64,000 nt of DNA from Camelus dromedarius. Its lineage: Eukaryota. How positions within the stretch are numbered: position 1 is the stretch's first letter; each line of letters begins with the position of its first letter. Positions 40,201-53,200 of this stretch are shown piece after piece. The notes under the pieces are model-generated. The model was not told where the DNA came from and did no database searches. It worked only from the letters and a program-made list of their open reading frames with translations. Where the stretch lies: NCBI RefSeq assembly GCF_036321535.1, contig NC_087437.1, forward strand, positions 2,480,001 through 2,544,000, in the 5' to 3' direction. Both the position numbers and the translations under genes were made by a program.

Positions 40201-43200
40201 AAATGGGGCACAACCATTAGAAAAGAACCTAAACTGTGGGGATGCCTTTGCACCTGGAGGTAGGTGAAACCTGAACAGATGTAGAGACGAGTAAGAGTGA
40301 AAGCCCAAAGTGTCCACGAGACTGTTAGTGGAAGCCTGAGGGCCCTTGAAGGGCTGAGAGTGAAGGATTCTAGGCCAGGGAAGAAAATGACACTGAAACC
40401 GGACGGAACGGGACTCTTGCTACCGAACAGCTGAAAGTAAAATTGATGAGAGGGATAAGCTAAAACAAGCAAAAAGATTATTAAATAGAAAGGAACCAGG
40501 ACTCACTGGGTTCAAATATCTCTATCCCATTTAAAGCATCTCCACATGCCCAATTGTCACATAATGGGTAAGCAGAGAAATGGCTTCCGGGCGAAGATCA
40601 AATCTAGGGTGCTGCCAGGAAAACAGTCTAAAGATGAAGCCAAGACTTTGTTAAAACCTTGGAAAGGTTTAACGTGCTGCCTCAAATTCCTTTAAAGATC
40701 TTAAAAGCGTAAGAATTTCAAAGGCACGGTCCCACAACAGCTTCACAGGAAGCCCAAGGTGAAGAGTTTATCTCAAAAAGACATGAGAATAGCTTTTCCA
40801 ATGGCAGGAACCCCAATAAAATTCACAGGAAACTCAAAGTTTTAAAGAGTACTGTGGTAACAAAACTACTGCTTGCTAGCTTGGACTGAAAGAGACAAGA
40901 CAGTGCAAAACGGGAAGAGGCCTTTGGGTTTTTCTTAGAAGGTCTACGAGGAGGAAGCTGGCTTGAGAGAACCACTCAGCTGCAAACGCAGGTCACTGCT
41001 CATGAAAGGGACAGAACCAAGAGCTCAGAGAGGGCGGCGAAGGAGAACCCCTCCCAGGGTAAGGACTAAGTCCTAATCAAAGAGCCGGGAGCATCGGGCT
41101 GCACTTCAGAACTGCTACGGGCCAGTGTGCCTCCCACCTTCCAGCTGTGAGTGAGGGAGTCCTTAGCAGTTCAGCCGAATGTCGGGTGTGTGGCGGCGAA
41201 TAACCCGTGTCTCCTTATCCTCAAGCCTCAGCACTGAGGGGAGTGTTCCCAAGGGCTGTACTCCAGAACCACCACGCCCAGGAAACTCAGCCCCACCTGG
41301 ACCTGGGGAAGATGGGAAAGTAAGGCCCTGCACTGGAGCCTGAGCCTAACACCACAGCGACCGAGACCTGTTTGGGGACTGAGTGGGGATAAGTGGATTT
41401 CTCGTGTGGAAGCAGTAAGAAAACGTTGTGGCTAGTGAGTAGATTATGCTGGTTTTTGAGTGTCTCCATAAATTTTCAAAATTAAATTCCATAAAAAAGG
41501 TAGAATATAGGCCAACTTTAAGTGACTTGCTCCAAATGAACAGAAAACAGTGAAAGTCACACGAGTGAACTGCAGGGCTCGGTTTGAAAAGGCAATTCAG
41601 CTTCTGCCTCGCTCTTAACCTTGGAACCCAGTCTCAGGTGGGCAAGCTCAGGCCACAAGAGACAGCTTATATGTTCCAGGGGAGGGGGTCCACCTTCCCG
41701 CCCCACCTAAGCCACAGCCCACCACCCACATCAACCATCAGACATCAATGGGTGAACCTTCACGTGATTCCAGCCCCCCACCTTCGAGCTGCCCCACCTG
41801 AAGCTGAGAGGAATACAGGCCAGCTGTCTTGGCCACACTTTTCCTAAGTGCAGGTTGTGAACAAAATAAATGCTTATTTAAGCCACTGAACTTTGGGGAG
41901 TTTGTTAGGCAAAAACAGATAAGCAGAAAAGTGGATGAAAAAAGACAGTAAGAAATGTAACTTGAATATAGTAGAAATTGGTCTCCTATAAACTGGAATG
42001 TAACAAACGTTGAGATTAACTTATTAATGACAAAGTGCTGATGAGAATCAGCAGATAACTGAAAGAAAGAACTCAGAACTAGCGAGAGGGAAGATATTTT
42101 AGCGTTCCCTCCAATTACAGCTCCTTACAAACAGGCATGTATTTCACAGTTTCCCCTCAACTTTGAGGTTAAGGAAGACTGGTGAGCAAGGAGACACAGG
42201 ATTTGAAGTCTAATAATTGAAAAACAAATAGAAAGAGTCAGTTTACCAAAATCAGCCTTTTTACCTCATTTCAATTAACTGAAATTCTAAGAGACAGGCA
42301 GCTTTGAGAACGTATTAATCTAGCACTCACTCTTCATTTTCCTTTCCTCAGAGACAAAATAAAATATTATGGAACCATTAATGTAGTGTCCTTTGCAGTA
42401 ATTAAATTAAATACAATTTTTCCTTTACCTTACTTAAAAGCTTGTTGGGAAGGGAAGGTAAGATTGTCTCAGCTTCATGTTGTAGCACAATGCTTCTCCA
42501 TATCAGAGATTGGCTTTGAACTTTTGAAATTCAAATTACTAATCTGTTATCTGTTTCTGATAAACTGATTGAATATTATCTAATTTTTAACAGCTGTACT
42601 CTTGGAAAATTTTCCTTGGATGGGATGAAATATTTATTTCATTAATTATGCATTAAGCTATAGAATACAGCTAGGCGCCTCTCCTTTTAAGTAAAAGGAG
42701 GTAGACACAGGGAGCTGAGGATGCAGGATGTACACCAAGAACAAGATCGGCACCAGTGTTACACACAAGAACCAAGCCAAAAGAGGACTTCATCGTGAAC
42801 AGCAAGATGATGGATTAGAGAGGTTTCCAAAGAGGAAGTTTGATTTAATCTTTTCCAGGCTTAACCTTTTGCCTCTAGATACTGAAATCTATGGATGAGT
42901 CTATGAATTATAATGAATGCAACATAATGAAGTATATTGCAGACTGAGTCAGCAGATCCCGTGACCATGATTTGATGGAAACTGGAGTGAAGTGGGAGGC
43001 ACTGGGTGAGAAACTAAAGGTCTGAATGGGGGGGAAGGGATGGACTTTACCTTTGCAAGCCTACTTTCTGTCATGTCACAGAGTCAGCAAGGCATAAGCT
43101 GGCCACAGGCCCCTTCACGAAGCAGCAAATCTCCACAGAAGTAGAGTTACAGACATTCCGTGACACTGACTTTTTATTATTATGTAAAACAACTGGAAAT

Positions 43201-46200
43201 ATGCAAGAAGACTCGGAAAGAGTTCTCATAACATCTGAATTGGTACTGGCACAGGACAGACATAGATCAATGCATCACCACTGAGAATCTAAAAGAAACC
43301 CTCACATTTACGGTCAATTGATTTTCAATACGAGTGTCAAATAACTGAATGAGACAATAATAATCTTTTTAACAAATGGTACTGGGACAACTGGATATCC
43401 ACATGCAAAAGAACAAAATTCGACCTCTACCTCATACAATATATAAAAAATTAACTCAAAATGAAAAAGCTAAAACTACAAAATTCTTAGAAGAAAACAC
43501 AGGGGTGTGTCTTCATGACTGGATCTGGCACTTGTTTCTTAGGAAAGTAAAAGACAGAAATAGATTAACTGAACTTCATCAATATTAAAAACTTCTACTC
43601 TTCAAAGGACACCATCAAGAAGGTAAGAAGGCAAGCTCCTGAACAGGAGGAAATACTTGAAAATCTTACATCTGATCAAAGACTTGCACCCAGGATACAA
43701 AAACAACTCTGACAATTCAATCATAAAAAGACAACCCAATTTGAAAATGGGCAAAAACCTAAACAGACAGGTCTTCAAAAAGATACACAAATGAATAAGC
43801 ACATGAAAAGATCCCCAACATTCTCAGTCATCAGAAAAATGCAAATCAAAGACACAATGAGATGCCAGTTCACACCTGCCAGGAGAGCTGGTGGCCAGTG
43901 GTGACAGGAATGCATAGAAATTGGGAGAATTATACACTTTGGATAAAAATGTTAGATGGTGCAGCCACTCTGGAAAACAGTATGGCAGGTCCTCAAGAGG
44001 TTAAACAGAGTTACCATATGACCCATATGATAGCATTTCCATCATTAAGTCTGTCCCCCAAAGAATTGGAAACATGTTTACACCCAAACTTGGACAGAAA
44101 TGTTCACAGCAGCATTATTAGCAATAGCCAAAAAGCAGAGGCAACCCAAAGGTCCATCAACTGATGGATGGATAAATGGTTTAGCCCCACAACCGAGTAC
44201 TGTTCGACAATAAACAGAAATGGAAACACTGACAAGCACTGTAACATAGATGAATCTTGAAGATGTTTTGTCAAATGAAAAAAGCTAATCATGAAGGACC
44301 ACACAGCATGTGATTCCATTCCTGGGAAACACCCAGAGCAGGCACATCTATAGAGACAGAAGTCAGACTGGTGTTTGCACTGGGATGGGGGGCTGTGGTG
44401 CCGGGGGTGATGGCCAAGGGATGCAGGCTTTCTTCTTGGGGTGATGGGAATGTTCTAAAATTGATTGTGCTGACAGCTGCACATCTCTGAATATACTAGG
44501 AGATACTAACTATGCATCCTAAATGGGCGAATTATATGATACGTGAATTTTTTTCTTTTTTGGTGGAGGGAAGTAATTAAGTTTTACTTATTTATTTTTA
44601 GAGGAGGTACAGGGGATCGAACCCAGGACCTTGTGTATGCTAAGCATGCACTCTACAACTTGAGTTATGCAATCCCCTTATAATATGAGAATTATATTTG
44701 AACAAAGTTAAAAAAAAAAATCCAAAGGCAGGATCTAGACAATTTTCTTAATTCTCTATTTTGGGTGTACAGATGTGATCTGAATTTCTCCGTGCATTGA
44801 CAACATGTCTAAAATGAAGAGAAAATGAAGGCAATGCCTAACTTCAACTGGTCTGTATAATGACCTTTCTGCACAAGGCATTCTGAAATCCATGAAATAA
44901 ATACACACAGATTCGATATCCATTCACAAAAGTGAAGATGAGACATGACAATTTTCTGGAACATTCCATGAAACATTATCCTCTGATTTGATCTAGCTTG
45001 CCTCATTGTGGTGAGAGATCACTAAAAAATACTGTTTAATAGGGAAAAAAGTTCAATTCTGTGAGGAAAGAGGTATAAATCTCAACTTCTCTAAGGGTAA
45101 ATATTATAAGAAAAAAATAAAGAATGGCAGAATGAAAGTCAAAGTTTAAGAAACAAGTGCATTATAAAGATAATAAAAGTGTAATTATAATGAAGATGCA
45201 AAAGAAAGCTGTCCCTGAAAAGCTAGTGTCCTGCAACACTCTGTGCTGCACACTCACGGCCGACGTGCTGAATTTCATACGTACTGGATTCGCAGTTTGA
45301 TGTGACTTCCTCTCTCCATCCCGTCTCTTGTTTTCTGAATTAGTCTTATGATGTGCTGTCACCTCCAGGGACGCTTCCAACATGGACACTCTCTTTCGGG
45401 TGTCAGTCAGTTCTTGTTCAAGCTGTCTGATATGGGCCTAAAGAGATAACTCTGTTACTGAATTTTAAGTCACCTTATCATTAAGTTACATTAATAATAT
45501 ATAACTCCAACAAATGGACATTGAGAACTATCCCCACAGACATCAATTCGCCTTCTTTTCCTCATAGGCACACATTCCTGTTTACTGAGTTCCATTAAAG
45601 ACACAGAAAGCATGACCCTCCTGCCTTACCGACAGTAAGTTAACTTAGACGATGGATGCAGCCCCACCAGCCATTCCCTGCCCCTCCCAGGAAGTGGCCA
45701 AGCTTTACCCCCACTGAAGTCTCAAACAGAAAGGGGTGTGTGGGTGGGATGAGTGGTGGTAAATTCCACACTGTGGAACATTCTCCCTCTTTCTCATTAG
45801 AGGCTTAAGTTCAGAGTTCTTCACATATTCAATCTGGTGTTTAAAGCTTTCCAATAGACTCCTATCTCACAATAAAAACGAGGTTATTCCAATGGCCTTT
45901 GGGGACCCGAGACAACCTGGCCTCCCCTGCCTCCTGGACTGCAGCTCCTACGGCTCCCCCCACCCCTCCCACTCACTCCCTTCCTGCCACTCAGGACTCT
46001 GGCTGCTCCTCCTCAGTCTGAAAATGGGACCCCAGTGCCAAACTCGAACATCACAGAGCGCTCCAGTTCCTCTGTACTGGACAAACTTAGATCCAAATGA
46101 CAGTAACTCAGCCTTGCAATGAGAACTGTGAGCACATTATTTGAAAAAATGTTCAAAGTAAATTATAACTAGAACAGGGGAGACTAAGTCAAACACAATT

Positions 46201-46463
46201 TTGCTAAAATTTACATTTGTCCCAAATTATGACTGAATGAAAAGTAGATGTCTTTAAGGAGTGGAGAGGTCATAACAATACATGATTTGAGATGGAAGTA
46301 TTTCTAAATTTAATTCCAATTGACATGAATAAAAATAAAGTTATATCAACGAACAATGTATGAAAAGGTACTGAAGGAAAAGTACTGCAAGATACACCAT
46401 TTACACATCAGTTCATCTGGGAAATCTGGATTTAACTGTCAAGGTAATCCACACAATTGAATC

Positions 46464-46505
<42 letters not shown>

Positions 46506-49500
46506 TTTTTTTGTTGTTGTTGTTGTTTACTCATTTGTTCACACAACTAAATCTTAATTTCAAAATACTCATTTTAGTTCTGAGCATTTCATTTATCTGC
46601 TTCATGATACTAAAATGTGGTGACAGAAAGATTAAAATGATTTGGGCAGTATAAATTACTAAGACCTGCCTGTATCTGTCAACAACTTATAGCATAATCT
46701 CTTAGAATTTCAGGTGACACGGCATCTTTACTCAAAGTAAAGCACCTCTCAGGTCTAATTTTTGTTTGCTGGATACAAGAAATGCCTTTAGGCTGCTTTA
46801 CAGTGTATATATTTATAGACCGCACATTTCTCATATTCAACTAGTTTCAACGTTCAGCTTTCATCAGATACTACTTTGAATTTTCTTTGAGGAAGTCTGA
46901 AAATTGGTTCCCTTTCTGGGTACTTACTTCCATTTCTGCTCTGTCTGTTTCATACTGACACAGTCTGTGCTTTAAACATCTGCATTCATCGATTAACTCC
47001 TTGTTTCCTTCCTCCAGCATCAGAACTCGTCTGCTCATGGCTTCAAGTTTTCCCATGTGATCCAGAAACAGCTGTGGGGCATTAAGTATTGTCTCTTCGC
47101 TTCTGCCTTCATTTTGAGCAACTTCCAGTTGCTGTCGAAGCAACGTGTTTTCACTTTGTAGTTTACATATTGTCTCCTTCAAGAACATCTGCTTTCCAAT
47201 GTATTTGCTGAATTCCCCTTGTTTGCTCTGAGACAAGGGTTCAGTTTCCTTGTTTGAACGCTGGGCTTGGCCTCGGTCTCTATGCACGCATTCTAATAAC
47301 AACGTCGTTGGTCTAAGAGCATCTTTCCTGGGATGGAGCTCAATTTCTGGGCCACGGAATTGACGTTCAGCTTCAGGAACTTGCTGAGGAAGCACCTCGC
47401 TGCTATCTTTTGGGTCAGACAGCTTAAAATCCATCGTGTCCTGTAAGTGAAACCCCTCATCTCTTACTCTTTGAACTGTACGCAATAAACTGACATATCA
47501 TAGTTTCCTTTGAAGTGAAAGACTAATCTCTAAGTTTATACAACAAAAAGTTTGCAGTAACTGGGTATCCAACTGGAAAAACTTAAGGTGGATACAAATC
47601 TCAAACTTTAAACAACCAGAAATCCCCAAAGTTCAAAAATTTAATGAAAGACAGTGAATCCATGAAAGTAAAAAAGAAACCACAAAAGGATGTTTAAGAA
47701 GCTCAGAATCGGAAAGGCCTTTCTTTCTCTGAAATACAACAAACCCAAAAGGCTTAAAAAAAATGAATAAATCTGACTACACTTAAAAATTATATCTGAC
47801 ATCTTACCTTTACAGCTACCCCCAAAGTAAGAGCCTTAGCTCTGTATAAATTGGGACAGGTTAGATTTCCTAAAAATTTCTTTCCTGAGAATATTCCATA
47901 AATATTCTCCCTTTCTATCATTTTTAGAGCGAGTTATAAGAATTACATCTACGGATAAATGATAAATCTAAGCACTGTTCTAAGCACATCTACAAACATC
48001 AGTTAACTCATTTAACTGTGACAATTCTGGAATAAAGGGTTGAAAACACAAGCAAGCTGCAGGGTTTCCCCCAGGGCTTCTGACTCTCTGACACTTACAC
48101 CAAACCAAAGCTACTTCTCTAGGATAAATACATAAACACAACAGAAGCCTTCTACTTCCCTAATGGTGAACACACTAAAGGTCAACAAGGTCAAATTTAC
48201 AGAGCTCTTCGTAGAAAATCAGGAGACTATTTGCTTCTGCAATAATTTTGATTTCTTCTTCATGGTGTTTATAACAGTAATGGACGTGAAATAGCAGGGA
48301 AATACAGTGAACCGCTTTATTAAAAATAAAATACTGATCAATAAATTATCACTCAGTACAGAGTACGGCATATCTATCACTATATTCGAAATCTCCTTGT
48401 ACTGAAATCGGATACCACATGGAGCAGAGCGTTCCTTTTCATCACACGTAGGAGAATGAAACCCAAACTACGGTTTCTGAACTGGCTGCGCTTTTCCCTC
48501 CTTACCATCAGTGGAAATGATAAACTTACCTCTCCATTCGTCTATCAAAGGAGTGAGATCACTGCCAGAAACTAGAATGCCTGCCGTTAGGAGCAACAGT
48601 TTTGAGATAATGGAAAGTTCATCGATTCCTATGGGCAATATTAACAGCCTCTCCTTGGATGAGGCCATTGTGAATGTCACTACGTCACTGTTGCCGGCAA
48701 GTGGACTTGAATTCAAAATATTGCTTTATCCAATGGACCGGAAATGAAACCTCCAGAAAATATATTTACATATATAGGCTTTTAAAACCCTCTATACTTT
48801 CTGTACCTACAGTATTGGTTTTTAAACTATGTAAGTATACAAATTCATACACACACGTTTGAAGATGACTAAAGAAAATACCTCAGCATTCATTTCCTTA
48901 TTAGCCTTTTCTGCCTCCTTTTGTTGGGAAAGATGATGGGCCAGGATGTCATCTTGTATTACTCTGGCATTCTGCAGTCGAGAACGTTGTCTCTCAGCGT
49001 CATTTCGCTCTTCTAAAACCTGGAGACATATTACATTAGGTTTTGGGTTTTATACCATGAAAAAAAGTCAAAAAAAGCTTAGGAGGGGAATCTTTAAAAA
49101 TTTTTTTAAACCTGTTAAAAAGAAGTAGCCTTTTTAAGCACAGGGACCTTTAATGCATATAAATAACTCAAATTCTAATATACATGACAGCTAAATTTAT
49201 CACAGAGCAAAAACACAAGGGATGTAGTATCATGAAAGAAAAACTTTTTTAACACTTTTGAAATTGAGTTATAGTCATTTAACAATGTTGTGTCAAATTC
49301 CAGTGTAGAGCACAAGTTTTCAGTTGTACATGAACATATATATATTCATTGTGACAGTTTTTTGTTGTGAGCTACCACAAGATCTTGCATATATTTCCCT
49401 GTGCTATACAGTATAATCTGGCTCATCTATTCTGCATATGCCTGTCAGTATCTACAAATTTTCAAATCCCAGTGAAAGAAAATTTCTTTATAAGGCATTT

Positions 49501-50225
49501 AACCAGTTCCATCATAGTCTCAAGGCGATTTAACCTGGATTTTAACTTCAAAAAGCCAAAATTAACACATGGATTTGAATTAGACTTGTTATTTTGTTGA
49601 ACGGACCAAAACTGTCAAACCTTATGTTAATGATTAAGCTCAATTTAACTTCCATTCCTTCATTCAGAAAAGACACAGAGCATCTGTTAGATGCCAAGAA
49701 CACCAAGAAATTAGTAAATTAAGCTCTAAATGTCATAGTTCATATCTAGGATGAGATAACTTTTATTTGTTTTAAATGAAAATATAGATTCATTCAGAAG
49801 AATATTATAAATAATATTGATGAAACAGTGTTAGAGATATGAAACTTTCACGTTAAGATTAATTTACCTGATTTGGTTTATTCCTTACGCCCTTCGGTTT
49901 GCATTCTAGTGCTCGGGCAGTGCTTTCAATCTGTTGCTTCAGGAAAACTTGCTCATTGTCTTGTTTCTCTTTTCTTTTTAAATCATCCTCAGGTTTTTCA
50001 TATAATGTATAAGCATTTTTCTTCTTCTTTGTTTCTTGTTCTAATGTGAATCTGCAGTGAAATATGCTTACCTTAAAATTTATTTTGTTAGAAAATAAAA
50101 AGTTCATTTTATGATCTGGTTTTTCACATGCTGATTTATTACCCTAATGGAATTTCTATGTTCTCAATTTTTTTTCATTTCTAAGTCTCACATTTTAAAT
50201 TCCTCACTTCAATCTCTTCATAAAG

Positions 50226-50270
<45 letters not shown>

Positions 50271-53200
50271 AAAAGTAGCAATGAAAAGACAATGCTACTG
50301 AGTTTCAATCAAGAGTAACTCTGGTCAATAGTGTAGGAAAGAAATTTTGCAATTATTCACTAAGGTTTGAATTGAAAATTACCCTCTTTTCCCCCACATA
50401 GTCATAAGTTACTTCTTCATTGGGACAGAGAAATTAGTTACTAGTTAAAAGAGAATTTGCTATTTAGAAACAAGATTATAAGTTCATGAGAGATAAAATT
50501 TCAACTTCCTGAAGTATTACAGGGACTCCTACATGATCTCCAGGGGAAGATAACAACCACAGGTGCCTTTTCCAGAACACAGACCCGCTAATTAGCATAA
50601 TCCAAGGCGAGGCTGGGGACTCTACTCCCTGATGCCCTACACTTTGTTTCTTCTTTCGCAACACTTTGAACTTACCTTGTTGAATATTATTTATTTAGTA
50701 AATCATTTTTAAATCCCTTATGGTACAAGGCAGGATCCATAGTAAGTAATTAAAAAATAAAGAGTAATCCACGCTTTCAGCATAGACCTTTGAACTAATC
50801 TTATCTCTGTATGAGAGCGATGCTGAATAAACTAACCAGTAATCACTTTCCACTTTACTCTTCAGTCCACCCATTCATATGTTAACAATCAAACAGCATA
50901 AATTTTTTGAAAGTTTCTGCCTTGAGAAAAATGATCATTTCATAATTCTGCAAGTGAGAATGTAAAGTAATATAAACTTTCTGGAGAACACTTGAGAGAT
51001 AAAGATCAAAGAATTTTTTTAAAGAAATATAGAATGAGGAGATATATATATATATATTGCTGTGTTATTCCCAAGAGTCTCACATTCCACAATATTAATG
51101 AAATTTTCTCCCCTGTAAAATCCCAAAAGGGAAGTTAGCAATTATGACTTCTCCTACATACCTACAGTATTAAAGTAAATATAAAGAGTTCAAATATTTC
51201 TTTAAAACCAAGAAATTCAGTACCTCATGTGGCGGAGCTCTCGTTCCCACTCCATATTTTGAAGTTTTAACTGTGATTTTGCTTCTCTTGTTTTCAGCAG
51301 CTCTGTGTGTAGCCAGTTCACATTCTTTTCCATTTCTTTAAGTTTTCCTCTAAGTTGTGTGCAGTAAGATTCTTTAAGTTCTATTGATCGGAATGAATCA
51401 ACTGGATCCTGAATTTTCAATAACCTATCAGAATCTGCATTAGGAAGAAAACAAAAATAGAAACAAAATATATGAATAATTTTTGTGTATAAAGGACTGT
51501 GCATTTTCACATTCATTCATCCATACATTGAACAAATGGATATTGAGCATCTATAACGTGGAAGACATTCTTCTAAGCTCTGCAGATGTTGAAAGAATCA
51601 CAAAGTAATATTATGAACATTATGCAAATAAATTTGACAATTCAGATGAAGTGGGTAAAATTCCTTGAAAGAGAGGAATTACAAAAGCTCACTTAAGAAA
51701 GAACAAATAAGCTAAAAAGCCCTACATCTTAAAAACCAAAACAAAAGTCCTATTTAAAGACCTTACGTCAAAGAAAATTCCAGTCATAATGGTTACACTG
51801 GTGAATTCTTCCAAATATTTTAGGAAAATTTAATACCAATTCTACACAAATTCTCCTCAAAAAATGAAGAGAAAGAAATATGTCCTCATTCTATGAAACT
51901 CACATTACCCTGAATCCAAAACCAAAGATATTACAAGAAAGAAAACTAATGTCGTGAAAATGGAGGTAAAATTTCTGAACAAAACATTAGCGAATTAAAT
52001 CCAACAATACAGGATAATTCATCGTGACCAAGTCGGGTGTATCCCAGGAATGCAGGGCTGTTTTAACACGTAAAAATCAATGTTATTCATCATATTAACA
52101 AACTAAAAAACAAACCATATGATCGTGTCAGTGGATAAAAAGAGGCACTTGCCAAACCTCAACATCTATTCCTGATAAAAACTTCCAGCAAACTGGGAAC
52201 CAAGGGAACGTCTTCACTATGACAAAGACCCGTGCTAAGCCGACAGCTGGCACCATACGCAACGGTGAAAAACGGAATGCTTTTCCCAGAAGGTGAGGAA
52301 CCGGACAGGAGTGGCTTCTCTTACTCCTTCTAATCAGCACTGTACTGGAGCCAGTGCAATCAGGCAAAATAAAGAACCAAAAGGCATCTGGATGGGAAAT
52401 GAAGAGGTAAAACTATCTGCTAATCAGCGGGGAATATGACTACATGGTGCGAGTCAGCTAACTCCAACCTGTGGGCTGGGTTGCTTGCTTTGGTAAATAA
52501 ACTTTTACTGAAATACAGCCACGTCCATTAACTTGTGTATTGTCTATGGCTACTCTTGTTGCAACGGTGACAGAGCTGATTAGCTGTGACAGAGAATGTA
52601 TTTATTGGCTGCAAGTCTTAAATGTGAACTATCCTTAGTAACACAGTAGTTTAAAGAAGAAAAAGCTGGACCACCTCTGGTTATTTAGAAAATCGGAGAG
52701 AATCCATAAAAACACTACTAGAACTAACAAATGGGTTCAGCCAGGTTGGAGGGCAGAGAGTCACTATACAGATATCAACTGTATTTCTATCATCAGAAAC
52801 TAAAATTTAAAATATATTATTTTAAAACAAATAAATAAAAATATACTACTTATAATCTCTCTGAAAAATAAGAAATACAGGTAAACTCATAAAAGATGGA
52901 AACACCCAGACACTAAAAACTCTAAAATATTGCTGAGAAAATCAAGGAAGACCTATATAAATGGAGAAATAAACTTTGTTCGGGATTAAAAATTTCATTT
53001 TGTTAAGAAGTCAATTCTCCCCAAATTAATCTACAGATTCAACATAATCTACATCTCATTTCCAGGACACTAGCAGACTTTTTTTTTTTAGCACTGACAA
53101 GCTGATTCTAAAATTCACGTGGAAAGAAGGGTAATAAAAGGAAACAAGACGAAGCCAGAGGACGGTGGCCTTTAACCATGGAGCTACGAGTGGCAGGAGC

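Noticed and set aside
42330..42620. Coiled-coil-like exon remnant with donors
   Set aside because: Multiple stops; cannot be matched confidently to an ANKRD26 exon.
47808..47841. Strong donor AAG|GTAAGA suggesting a 34-nt micro-exon
   Set aside because: All nearby acceptors give in-frame stops.
48468..48747. Opposing 78-82 aa ORFs with GTAAG donors (48530, 48505) that could bridge phase 0->1
   Set aside because: Only a weak AAG acceptor (48653) and no homology; the cryptic acceptor at 47440 explains the frame more simply.
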